Shown: piece by piece, positions 24,707 through 33,819 of the stretch
How the letters are laid out: each line of letters opens with the position of its first letter
Position numbering within the stretch: position 1 is the stretch's first letter
Origin: a virus
Length of the DNA: 64,000 nt
Strand: one strand, 5' to 3'
IMG/VR virus record: IMGVR_UViG_3300005573_000052
The notes under the pieces: model-generated
The model's input: only the letters and a program-made list of their open reading frames with translations
Told to the model about the DNA's origin: nothing
Databases searched by the model: none
Program-made: the position numbers and the translations under genes

Positions 24707-24905
24707 GTTTCCTCTGTGAGCAGGCATGGCACGTTACACGAGTGGGAGCTGTGTGCTGATGGAATCTACTATTCCCGTTGCGGGCGCACATGGGAGAAAC
24801 CGGAAAACCTACAGAATACCACGGAGGCGATAAAGCGGTGCCGCTTTTGCTTTCCGGCTAATATTGACAGTCAGACGCAGCCACCATCACCAATCAGCCT
24901 TAACC

Positions 24906-25130
24906 ATGCCAACCTTGACGCCTGAAAACAAAAACGTGAGTGCCAGCCGGACAAATAAGGTCGTTATTCGTGGTGTCCTTGTCAGGGGTCTCCTGAAATC
25001 GTGGGCATGGTTCTGGTGCATAATCGCCGCGCCATTTGGATACATAACCGTGCTCTGCTCCTTAATCGGACTTGGCCCGAAGAAGGCTAAAAATTGGGCA
25101 AAACACTGCGGACTTCCGTGGTTTCCCTAA
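24906..25130 (+). CDS. Small cassette-like ORF (membrane protein)
   Basis: Stop codon TAA lies within the CCCTAAC core of attC c. Confidence 0.6.
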   Translation: MPTLTPENKNVSASRTNKVVIRGVLVRGLLKSWAWFWCIIAAPFGYITVLCSLIGLGPKKAKNWAKHCGLPWFP

Positions 25131-25184
25131 CAAACGCACTTCAGACACGAGCGAAGCGAGTCGTCTGTAAAGCAATAGTTAGAC
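25125..25184. mobile_element. attC-like site c
   Basis: CCCTAAC-AAACGCA-CTTCAGAC...GTCTGTAAAG-CAATA-GTTAGAC. Confidence 0.75.
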
Positions 25185-25193
25185 TTTCACTTT

Positions 25194-25430
25194 ATGATTA
25201 AAGGACGAAAATTTTACGAAAAAAACTGGAGACGGCTAGAGCAAAACGAGATTCCAGCTTACGGAGACGTTTGGTTCCCCGGCGGCCCATGTTCAGGATG
25301 GAAGCCAAGAGTCTTAAAAGAAGGCGAGGACTGTTTAGACCCCGTTGGTGCTCAGGATGGGGCTATTTACCGGAAACGTAATGGAAAGAAGCCGGAATTT
25401 TGGACGCCTAACGAAAAAGGCCAAACATGA
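25194..25430 (+). CDS. Small hypothetical protein
   Basis: Starts 10 nt after attC c. Confidence 0.55.
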   Translation: MIKGRKFYEKNWRRLEQNEIPAYGDVWFPGGPCSGWKPRVLKEGEDCLDPVGAQDGAIYRKRNGKKPEFWTPNEKGQT

Positions 25431-25687
25431 CGCACTCTCATTCATCTCTAACAAATTATCCGGCAACGTGTGCGGCATTGCCTGTGCCGCCGGATTCGGC
25501 GGAGGACGCTTTATTACCAGAAACAGAAGTTCGGGCGGAGTATGACCGCCTGTGCAAGCAACTCGACACAACCAAATGGACCGCCGCCGATTACGGAACT
25601 TTTTTCTGTTTCTTTTCCCACGGGTGGTATGGTCGCGCTTCTGAAGCGGCCTATCAACAGAAGCCGAACGGTCCCGATGACGCATGA
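25427..25687 (+). CDS. Small hypothetical protein
   Basis: ATGA-coupled to its neighbours. Confidence 0.55.
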   Translation: MTHSHSSLTNYPATCAALPVPPDSAEDALLPETEVRAEYDRLCKQLDTTKWTAADYGTFFCFFSHGWYGRASEAAYQQKPNGPDDA

Positions 25688-25917
25688 TGAAACCGGCCAA
25701 AACACTCTCAAAGACGCAGCGAAATTCGCTGTGTCTGACAGGTGATTGGGCGCAGGAGATGCGAAAGCACCAAGAGCGCGCCGCAGTAGCGCGTGATATG
25801 ATGTATCGCTCCGATACGCTCATTGAGCATAAAAGGTGGAAGGCTTTCTGCGAAAGCCGCGAGCGAATGGCCGAGACATGCGTCCCTCTAGCACCCAACA
25901 CCAAAATTGTGCCATAA
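25684..25917 (+). CDS. Small hypothetical protein
   Basis: Stop lies in CCATAAC, a degenerate attC-like half-site. Confidence 0.5.
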   Translation: MMKPAKTLSKTQRNSLCLTGDWAQEMRKHQERAAVARDMMYRSDTLIEHKRWKAFCESRERMAETCVPLAPNTKIVP

Positions 25918-25978
25918 CAGGACGCAGCCTTGAGAAAATGCTTGACAAGCTGGTCAAAGTATGAATAATGGAGAGAAT

Positions 25979-26185
25979 ATGAAAAAACTTACGAAAGAAT
26001 TGGTTGGCAAAACGCTCAAATGCGGGGAAGAATGGTATGGTGGTTTTGTTTTTTACGTTGGCGTATACCAAAGTCCTAAGGGCGACTTTTTGGCTGAACG
26101 AAAAGTGTATGTAAATTCATACACGAACAAGATTGAAAGGGAGAAAAAAATGCGGAAGTGTTTGTGCCTTTTGGGTTTGAGATAG
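25979..26185 (+). CDS. Small AT-rich hypothetical protein
   Basis: Local AT-rich segment, TTGACA upstream. Confidence 0.5.
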   Translation: MKKLTKELVGKTLKCGEEWYGGFVFYVGVYQSPKGDFLAERKVYVNSYTNKIEREKKMRKCLCLLGLR

Positions 26186-26215
26186 CCAGCGAATCTGACT
26201 TGCCAAACTCTAAAG

Positions 26216-26539
26216 ATGAACCAGATGGCCAATCTACCTGACATGAAAACCACCAAAAAACATGCGCGCGTGCATCTTGGCTTTGGCGATTTGTTCGGCG
26301 AGGGCGCTTGGCCGCTCCCGAAACGCTTCGATTTTCCGGACGGATCAACGCTGCGGCGCTTTGCCCGCAAGACTCCCCGAGATGGTGGAACTACCGACTG
26401 CGTGGACTGCGGCACCGCAATCTCACAGGGTGCACTCTGCGCCTCGTGCTGGGCAAAATGCGCTTTTCCATCTTCGCTGAACGTGGAGATGAGCCACGGC
26501 GCTCGCGAGGACGGAGCTAAGCACAACCCAAAACCATGA
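26216..26539 (+). CDS. Small Zn-ribbon hypothetical protein
   Basis: CVDC...CASC; 3' end runs into attC f. Confidence 0.5.
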   Translation: MNQMANLPDMKTTKKHARVHLGFGDLFGEGAWPLPKRFDFPDGSTLRRFARKTPRDGGTTDCVDCGTAISQGALCASCWAKCAFPSSLNVEMSHGAREDGAKHNPKP

Positions 26540-26575
26540 CGCGAGCGACGTTGGTTCTCTATCGACTGGTTAGCC
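26476..26575. mobile_element. attC-like site f
   Basis: GCTGAAC-GTGGA-GATGAGCC ACG GCGCTCGCG...CGCGAGCGA CGT TGGTTC...GACTG-GTTAGCC. Confidence 0.7.
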
Positions 26576-26582
26576 ACTTTTT

Positions 26583-26858
26583 ATGGACGCAATACAAAAC
26601 CCAATAATCCCCGACGCCTACGCGAACTTCGCGAGGGCTTGCGCTGCGCTCGCCGAGAGCCACGGCATCTCAACCTTCCAACTCAAGATCACGCCGAAGT
26701 GGCGCGACCCGATGCCGCCGAACGTCCAAATTCACGGCGACGTGCAGATCAACTATGCGGCCACGGACGGACGCGGACGCCCATGCACAAACCTCAGCGT
26801 GTATCTGACGACCAACACGCAACTGGGCGTCGTCCGCACACCGGAGTCTTGTGGCTAA
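26583..26858 (+). CDS. Cassette-like ORF
   Basis: Starts 8 nt after attC f; stop lies in GGCTAAC of attC g. Confidence 0.65.
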   Translation: MDAIQNPIIPDAYANFARACAALAESHGISTFQLKITPKWRDPMPPNVQIHGDVQINYAATDGRGRPCTNLSVYLTTNTQLGVVRTPESCG

Positions 26859-26983
26859 CAAACAGGTGAGCAACGCCCCGCAGAGCGTGCCGCCGACCCT
26901 TTGAAAACCATGAACTCTCCGAGCGTAGAACAAACTCACGAGCAACCCCCGATGCGGGGCGTTGGCTCTAGCGACAGTTCGGC
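26853..26983. mobile_element. attC-like site g
   Basis: GGCTAAC...GAGCAACGCCCCGCA...TGCGGGGCGTTGGCTC...GTTCGGC. Confidence 0.7.
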
Positions 26984-26993
26984 AATTCGCGAG

Positions 26994-27167
26994 ATGCACC
27001 TCGGAACAATGACCGACGCCGAGCAGCGCCGCTGCCTCGAAATCGGGAAGCGCATCCCATCGCTGCGCTGGTGGTATTCGATGCACGCAAAACTCGGCTG
27101 CTCTCCCCGTGACGCGGTGGACGCCGGACGTTTCGCCGACGTGGAAGCCCTCTTGCCGAACATTTAG
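26994..27167 (+). CDS. Cassette-like ORF
   Basis: Lies between attC g and attC h. Confidence 0.5.
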   Translation: MHLGTMTDAEQRRCLEIGKRIPSLRWWYSMHAKLGCSPRDAVDAGRFADVEALLPNI

Positions 27168-27210
27168 CTCAGCCACGGCGCAAGCCGTTGGCTGGGGCGT
27201 CTGGTTGGGC
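27155..27210. mobile_element. attC-like site h
   Basis: GCCGAAC-ATTTA-GCTCAGCC ACGGC GCAA GCCGT T GGCTG G GGC-GTCTG-GTTGGGC, with extrahelical T and G. Confidence 0.8.
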
Positions 27211-27237
27211 GCTTCCCGACCGAAAACCAAAACATCA

Positions 27238-27480
27238 ATGCACTACAGAAACGGCCGAGAGGCCAAAAACGGTGACAAAATCGTCCGCCTGAACGGCGGC
27301 AAAATCGAAGCCTTCGGCGTGCTGCACAGCGCCACTCCGGGTAACGACTACTGCAACGGCAATATCGCCGTGGTCCAGTCCGCGCAGGAATACGCCTGCA
27401 TGTGCGACTGCATCCACGTCGATGACCTCGCGGCGATCCTCGCCGAAAAGGGCCTAGATAAACGTCCCGCTGGCAAGTGA
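27238..27480 (+). CDS. Small phage protein (MHYRNGREAKNGD)
   Basis: Follows attC h; strong codon bias. Confidence 0.7.
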   Translation: MHYRNGREAKNGDKIVRLNGGKIEAFGVLHSATPGNDYCNGNIAVVQSAQEYACMCDCIHVDDLAAILAEKGLDKRPAGK

Positions 27481-27513
27481 TGCCTGACAGCCGGGAAAGA
27501 CCGGCACCAATCT

Positions 27514-27867
27514 ATGAACACTCGAAATCTCAACTGGGCGCAGGTGAAACCGCTGGAAGACAAGCAACTCTTCATCGGGTGCGCGTGCTGCTCGACCGCG
27601 TGCCGAATCGCTCACGCTGACCTGCCAATCGCGGTCGGCTTCGGCTCCGCTGTGCTCACGAAAGACGACGAGCTGATCTACTCCGAGACGCAGGACGGGC
27701 CGGTCTGGACCGTGGCAGACGCCGAAAAGCTCGCCGCAGCCGACCCGGATCACGACTGGCGTATCCAGAAGGACGGGCCGCTGCACGGTGAAACCTTCCA
27801 GCGCCACGCGAAAGGCAAATATGCCGGCCAGTGGGTCTGCATCGAGAGCAACCAAGGCTTCGCATGA
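27514..27867 (+). CDS. Hypothetical protein
   Basis: Strong codon bias; followed by a weak attC-like element at 27872-27962. Confidence 0.7.
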   Translation: MNTRNLNWAQVKPLEDKQLFIGCACCSTACRIAHADLPIAVGFGSAVLTKDDELIYSETQDGPVWTVADAEKLAAADPDHDWRIQKDGPLHGETFQRHAKGKYAGQWVCIESNQGFA

Positions 27868-28045
27868 TTTCGCCCAACAAAGGAATATGACGACTAGCAC
27901 CTCATAATCGCCTCTAATTAAACAAGCAAACAAATCCGTATCAATGTGTTGCGGCGTTAGCGAGACAACCGCAGGCATTATCAGCTTTGTTTTACTCCGT
28001 CCTAAGTTAAGAGCATAGAGCGGTGTATAGAAGGGGAACCGCTCC

Positions 28046-28495
28046 ATGTCCTCCCTGTTCACCCCCACCCAGTTAACCAGCTATGACGCCGCGCTGGACA
28101 ACGTGTTCGACACGTTCAAGCGCCCCATCATGGCGTATGTCGAGGCGCAGGCTATAACCCTGTCGTCTTCAATGACTTACAGCCGGTTCGGCCAGCATGA
28201 CCAGAATGTGCTGAACCCTCCGGTCACCCCCCAAGGCACCCAGATTTACGCGTGTATCAGGTATGGCAACGGTCAAGCTTACGATTTCATGGCCCCGGGC
28301 AGTGATGTGCAGTTAAAACTGCGCGAATCGGAAGGACTGGTTCGCATCAAGGTAGACGCGACTGGCTACGAAATCATGAAGAATGCCAAAACGGTGGTCT
28401 TGGATGGTTTCACTTTCACCATTGACTCGACGCCGCGCCCGCATGGGCTGGTCACTCCGCACCGTTGGACATTCATGATGCGGAAAACGGATTAA
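28046..28495 (+). CDS. Virion neck/head-closure-like protein
   Basis: First gene of the tail operon, late motif at 28022; assigned by position. Confidence 0.5.
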   Translation: MSSLFTPTQLTSYDAALDNVFDTFKRPIMAYVEAQAITLSSSMTYSRFGQHDQNVLNPPVTPQGTQIYACIRYGNGQAYDFMAPGSDVQLKLRESEGLVRIKVDATGYEIMKNAKTVVLDGFTFTIDSTPRPHGLVTPHRWTFMMRKTD

Positions 28496-28499
28496 GGCC

Positions 28500-29159
28500 A
28501 TGGCCATCTACATCGACATCCCGTTGCGGACACGCCAAGCCATCATTGAGGAGGCGGGATTGACTGTCCGGCGCGAAGCCGAGCGGGTCATCAAACGGGA
28601 GTATTTCGACCCGGCGGTGGAGCAGATGAAGCAGGATTTTCTGAGCCATCCAGTGACGGAGGAACTGAAGCTGGGAGCGCAAAATGCCGCCAAGACGCCC
28701 AATATCAGTGGGACACTGGAAGGCGATTTCAAGCTGGATGGCGAGGACACAACCACGCCTAACCTGTTCTCGTTCATTGGGTTCAATGAGGGAGAAGACC
28801 CCACGGTGCCCATTGAGGAAGCTCTGAACTCGCGCCAACCGGGCATCGGCCCCACCCTTGAGTTTAAAGAGAAACAGAAGAATGACAAAGGGGTGAGATT
28901 CGTGTTTCAGGTGTCTGCGCCAGACGAGAACGTCATCTACAATGACACTCCCATGCCGGGGTGGGATGACATGTCGTGGGCTTACCGCATCGAGCACGGC
29001 ATCCCGGGCATCGGGTTCTTTCTCAATGCCGAGCGCAAGAACAGCTTGTCGGGTGGAGGTATTCAGGTTCGCAATAAACTGCGGGGAGGGCGTTTTCGCC
29101 CGGTTAGCTACCTCACCACCATCTTCAAGGACTTCCTGCGGCGCGCGACGCCGAAGTGA
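28500..29159 (+). CDS. Neck/tail-completion-like protein
   Basis: Position; SWAYRIEHGIPG motif. Confidence 0.5.
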   Translation: MAIYIDIPLRTRQAIIEEAGLTVRREAERVIKREYFDPAVEQMKQDFLSHPVTEELKLGAQNAAKTPNISGTLEGDFKLDGEDTTTPNLFSFIGFNEGEDPTVPIEEALNSRQPGIGPTLEFKEKQKNDKGVRFVFQVSAPDENVIYNDTPMPGWDDMSWAYRIEHGIPGIGFFLNAERKNSLSGGGIQVRNKLRGGRFRPVSYLTTIFKDFLRRATPK

Positions 29160-29220
29160 TGGGTAGAGCGGGTGTATAGGAGGGGAAAGGTGTGCCTAGG
29201 CAGGCCACCGACACTCCCTC

Positions 29221-30090
29221 ATGGTCCCCCAGTTCTCCAATAACCTATACGCGAGCACCTTCCTCTGGCTTGAACATCAGTTCGCCCAGAAGGCGGTCGC
29301 GTATCAGACCCTGACGACCCCACTCTACTACGTGCCCGACACCCAGTTGCCAGTGGGTTACGTGCGCTACAGTTCGCCTCTAAAAGGCTGGGTTTATGAT
29401 TCGGGTGTCAGTGGAGCAGTGGTGATTCAAACGGTCAGCGGGGCAAGCGGCATTTTGCTCCAACGGTCGAGCGGGATGAAGATCGACTACAACAACGGTG
29501 GCATCATCCTACCCTCTTCTTATGGCACAGGTCTCACGCTGACTGGCACTTACAGCTTCCGTGAGGTCAATATGTATCAGGCCAATGAGACTCAAGAGGC
29601 CCTGATTACGCAGGGAAAGTTCTTCCGCAACCCCCGGTTCGTTTATCAAGCCACCTCAGGTATAGCTCCCTATACCTATGTCACGCCCGCCGTGTTTCTT
29701 GACATCCTCAGTTCCAAAACCGATGCATTCCAGTTTGGCGGGTTGATAGAAAGCACCGTGACCTTCACGGCGACCATTTTGGCTGAATCCACCTTCCAGC
29801 TCAACGCGTTGCTGTCCATTTCCAGTGACCAGAAATATCAGTATCTGCCCGTCTTCAACGCCATTGATGACGTGGTGGACGAATGGGGCGATACCAAAAG
29901 CGGGCTCTACAATTACAATGCGCTGGTTGAGATGTGGGGCACGCCCGGCAATCTCGCCTACGTCAAAAACGTGAGAACGGCCAAAATGTCGGACCGGGTC
30001 AAGGCCAACCCTCTGCTGTTCATCGGAGTGGCTGATTTCGAGATAAGCTATGTCCGGCAAGCACCGATTTCGACTAATGTGTTCGTTTGA
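29221..30090 (+). CDS. Virion structural protein (tail terminator-like)
   Basis: Precedes the tail tube genes; late motif at 29171. Confidence 0.5.
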   Translation: MVPQFSNNLYASTFLWLEHQFAQKAVAYQTLTTPLYYVPDTQLPVGYVRYSSPLKGWVYDSGVSGAVVIQTVSGASGILLQRSSGMKIDYNNGGIILPSSYGTGLTLTGTYSFREVNMYQANETQEALITQGKFFRNPRFVYQATSGIAPYTYVTPAVFLDILSSKTDAFQFGGLIESTVTFTATILAESTFQLNALLSISSDQKYQYLPVFNAIDDVVDEWGDTKSGLYNYNALVEMWGTPGNLAYVKNVRTAKMSDRVKANPLLFIGVADFEISYVRQAPISTNVFV

Positions 30091-30269
30091 TGACTGTTTC
30101 ACTCCGCTACCCCAAGTGTATCTCCTGCTCTCAACCCCTTTTTCCAGTCCAGCTAGCCCAAGGTCCAAGGTAACGTAACCCACCCCGCCCATGCCCAACG
30201 CACGTTAGCTCGGGTAAAAATAACAAGAGAATCTGTCGAATCTTGTTCTGGCGGGTGTATAGTAGGCCG

Positions 30270-31508
30270 ATGCACAAAGGTTACAGTTTCCGCCTTTACC
30301 CGACAGAGACCCAAAAGGCTCTGCTTGAAAAGCATTTTGGTTGCGCTAGATGGGTCTATAATTGGGCTCTGGAACAGAAAATCGCCTATTACCAGAAAGA
30401 AAAAAAGGGAGTGTCAATGTATGAGGTGGCAAGGGAATTGACCAAGCTAAAGCGTGAAGAGGGGAAAGAATGGCTTCAAGAAGTGTCGAGTCAGTCTCTC
30501 GGCTATTCCATGATGCATTTGGATAGAGCTTTTACTAATTTTTTCAAGCACAAAAAGGGATTTCCTAAGTTCAAAAGCAAGAAAAAGAGCCGAGCGAGTT
30601 TCACTCACAATTTGAGTAACGATCTCAACGAAGAGAAGGGGCTTGTTTACGCAACCAATTTTAGAGAGGGGATAAGATGTGTTTTCACTCGTCCTGTCGA
30701 AGGGAAGATTAAGCGGATGACGTTTTCCCGGACCAAGACGGGAAAATACTATGTCGGGATATTAGTCGAGACCCCGGAGGAGTTCCCCACACCCCCGCCT
30801 CCAAGGGAAGAACTCTCCGTAGGAATAGACTTAGGGCTGAAGACGTTTGCAACATTAGACGACGGAACCAAGATTGATACCCCGAAATTCCTTCAAGGTT
30901 CCCTCCAAAGGCTCAGGCGAGCGCAAAAGCATTTAAGTCGCTGCCAATATGGGTCCAAAAATTGGGAAAAGGCGCGTGACAAGGTGGCCAGACTGCATGA
31001 GCACGTAGCTAACTCCCGAAAAGATTTTCTGCACAAGGTCAGTCATAAACTAGTATGCGATAATCAAGCTACTACGTTATGCATTGAAAACTTGGACATA
31101 ACAGAAATGATAGAAAAGGCCCCTTCGCGGCGTAAAAGGTCGATTTACGACGCGGGGTGGAGGATGTTTAGGGGTATGCTAGAATACAAGTGCGAGTGGC
31201 ACGGCAAAAATTTAATGATGATAGGCCAGTTCGAGCCTTCAAGCAAGATATGCTCGTGCTGTGGGGAGATGAACAAAGACCTCGGCAAAAAACGAGAATG
31301 GACGTGTAAAAAATGTGAGACACACCACGACCGAGACATCAATGCCGCCAAAAACATAAAAAAAATAGCCTTTTGCAAGCAGAACACTGTGTCTGCCAAG
31401 ATTTTACCGCCGGACAGGCGGGATGTTAAGCCTGTGGAGAGTTCCGTTTTGGAATTCAACGAAGCAGGAACGGAAAAGGATCGCCTAACTCCCTCACGGG
31501 GTGTATAG
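30270..31508 (+). mobile_element. tnpB: TnpB RNA-guided endonuclease (IS200/IS605 family), no TnpA
   Basis: YSFRLYPT, FGCARWVYN, GIDLGLK, IENL, SSKICSCCG, CKKC..HDRDINAAKNI. Confidence 0.95.
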
Positions 31509-31552
31509 ACGTAAACCGACTCTGGTGTCAATTTTCTTTCAAGGAGCCCACA

Positions 31553-32515
31553 ATGCCTAACACATTTTTCCAAGGTGCCGAACTGGCCATGTCCAGCGGC
31601 GTAACGCCCGGAGTAATGGCCAACATCCAGCGTCTTCAGGATGTCCGCATTGACTACCAGATTCCCCGCACCGAGGTCCGAACCTTGGGCCGTTTCAAAC
31701 CCCTGAACGACCGCCCAGTAATCAATTATACCCCGGTTAACATGTCGGTCAGCTACGTCAAGTCTAACAAGGACGTAGAACGTAATTTAGGCATCCTGAA
31801 CAGCACGGGTGTGGCTGTGCAAATCGGTCAGAATGTGGAACTTACAAGCTGGGGCTGTCGGAACTACACGCTTTACAACGCTCCGGTCACATCGCCCAAC
31901 TACGCCAATGAGTGGGACGTTGTCTCAGGCGTCCTCAAGTCGTTCGCGCTCAATGGGTCGGTTGGCCAGCCGGTCAACGGGTCGTTCAGTGTGGAAGCCC
32001 TTGATTTACAACAGGCTGCAAACAACACGGCTCGCACCATTCCCTCCTACTCGGGCAATGTCATCAAGCCGGAAAACACAATCATCACCGGCATCAATTT
32101 CACCGGACTTGGCTTTTCGGGCCTGATTGTCCAGTCGTTCAACCTCCAAACCGCCTTCAATTACGCCCAAACCTTCCGTATCGGCACCCAGTTCCCCGAG
32201 CGACGCATGACGGACGCCATGGCGAGTCTTCAAATCAGCGCGTTTATGGAGGGGACGACCAATACGGTTACCAGCCTGAACCAATATGCCTGTGGGACCT
32301 TCATTACCGGGCTTTACGTGCTGACCATGCAGCCGAGTTGCACGACCGATGTTCCCACCACCGTAACCATGTCCTATCCCTATCTGGAAAGCCAGTCGCT
32401 GGGTGCGCAGGTGGGCAATTATATCGCGGTGGAGCTGAGTTTTGTGACGCCCCTGAGCGTCGTGGCCTTTGAAGCAACCGGTGCGAATCAAGGGTCCAAT
32501 CTGACTATTACCTAA
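31553..32515 (+). CDS. Tail tube-like protein 1
   Basis: Beta-rich; RLQDVRIDYQIPRTEV resembles the paralogues at 32585 and 52392. Confidence 0.65.
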   Translation: MPNTFFQGAELAMSSGVTPGVMANIQRLQDVRIDYQIPRTEVRTLGRFKPLNDRPVINYTPVNMSVSYVKSNKDVERNLGILNSTGVAVQIGQNVELTSWGCRNYTLYNAPVTSPNYANEWDVVSGVLKSFALNGSVGQPVNGSFSVEALDLQQAANNTARTIPSYSGNVIKPENTIITGINFTGLGFSGLIVQSFNLQTAFNYAQTFRIGTQFPERRMTDAMASLQISAFMEGTTNTVTSLNQYACGTFITGLYVLTMQPSCTTDVPTTVTMSYPYLESQSLGAQVGNYIAVELSFVTPLSVVAFEATGANQGSNLTIT

Positions 32516-32584
32516 ACCCTCCCGCGCTAGGTGTATAAGGGGTGAGCCTTACCATCCCAAGTTTTCCCTTAACCCGCTCCCCAC

Positions 32585-33730
32585 ATGCCTGTTGATATCA
32601 TTCGTCAAATCTACAACGTCCTCGGCGTTTTCGTCGGCCCCTCTCCTGCCACTGGTTTCATGACCAGCTCGGGCACGGTTGCGTCGCCCATTTCGGGGGT
32701 TAACCTTCTCAATCCGATCCCTCGCGTTCAGTCCGCTTCTATCGACCTGAGCATTCCCCGTCAGGATGTCAACCAGTTTGGTCAGCTTACCCGTTTGTCA
32801 AACGTAATTGTTGACAACCCCGAAGTCTCCCTCAACCTCGAATACTTGCTCCTCGATGGCTACGCAGAAAGTATCCTTGGTTTTGCTGCCTCAGGACAGC
32901 AATCGTTTGTTTCGGGCTTTATAGATGGAACGCAGTCCGAGAAAAATTACTTCCTCGGCATCGCTCCGCAGGGAACTGACCTGATTAATTATTCCAGCCC
33001 TAATTCGATTAATGTCGCAGCTATCGGTAACGGCACCGTGTCAAACTACTCGCTGAATCTTGCCGTTGGTCAGATTCCCCGCGCAACCGTCACGATTCAA
33101 GGTAACAACTTCCAGACCTACACGGGTTCGGCAAATAAGGCCTCTCCGGCCATCAACCCTTACACGGCTCTGCCAATTGTTGGTCCGCAATTTAGTCTGC
33201 CTACCATGTCGGGTTATACTGGGGTTAATCTACCGGCCTGTCTTCGCCCGGGCGACATTTCGCTTGCGCTAGGAATTTCGGGCTCGCCTTTTGATTATAC
33301 CAGTGGGGTCGGCACAATTCGTGTGCAAGGTCTTTCGATGTCAGTTCCAATCGCGCTCGACCCAATCAAACAACTCGGCAATCCTTATCCGATTGCTCGC
33401 CCGATTCGTTTCCCTGTCAATTGCACCTTGAGCATTGATGCGACCGTGGGTGATGTGCTCCAACAGAATGTGGCGAACTTGTTTTGTTCTGATTTGCCGG
33501 TCAATCTTGCCTTCACTTTGAACAACCCGAACTGCGCCCGTTCGCCGGACAACGCTATCACGGTGTGGTTCAATCAAGCCAAGCTTGAGAACCGCAACTA
33601 CGCGGCATCCATCGGTCAAAATAGCACGGTGCGACTGAATTTTTCTAACCAACTTGGCGGTATCACTTCAAATTATCTCGGTCAAGGGGTCATTTTTAGC
33701 GGAAGCTATGGCGATACCCCTGTAGCCTAA
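32585..33730 (+). CDS. Major tail tube-like protein 2
   Basis: RVQSASIDLSIPRQDVNQFGQL; internal two-domain duplication. Confidence 0.7.
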   Translation: MPVDIIRQIYNVLGVFVGPSPATGFMTSSGTVASPISGVNLLNPIPRVQSASIDLSIPRQDVNQFGQLTRLSNVIVDNPEVSLNLEYLLLDGYAESILGFAASGQQSFVSGFIDGTQSEKNYFLGIAPQGTDLINYSSPNSINVAAIGNGTVSNYSLNLAVGQIPRATVTIQGNNFQTYTGSANKASPAINPYTALPIVGPQFSLPTMSGYTGVNLPACLRPGDISLALGISGSPFDYTSGVGTIRVQGLSMSVPIALDPIKQLGNPYPIARPIRFPVNCTLSIDATVGDVLQQNVANLFCSDLPVNLAFTLNNPNCARSPDNAITVWFNQAKLENRNYAASIGQNSTVRLNFSNQLGGITSNYLGQGVIFSGSYGDTPVA

Positions 33731-33747
33731 TCGTCCAAATCTCGAAG

Positions 33748-33778
33748 AACCGGTTGACGCAAGTCGCCGGTTTTTTGT
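33748..33778 (+). terminator. Intrinsic terminator
   Basis: ACCGG TTGAC GCAA GTC GCCGGT followed by a T-run. Confidence 0.65.
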
Positions 33779-33819
33779 TGACATCTTCACCATAATCTTG
33801 CTAAACAATACCCACTTTT

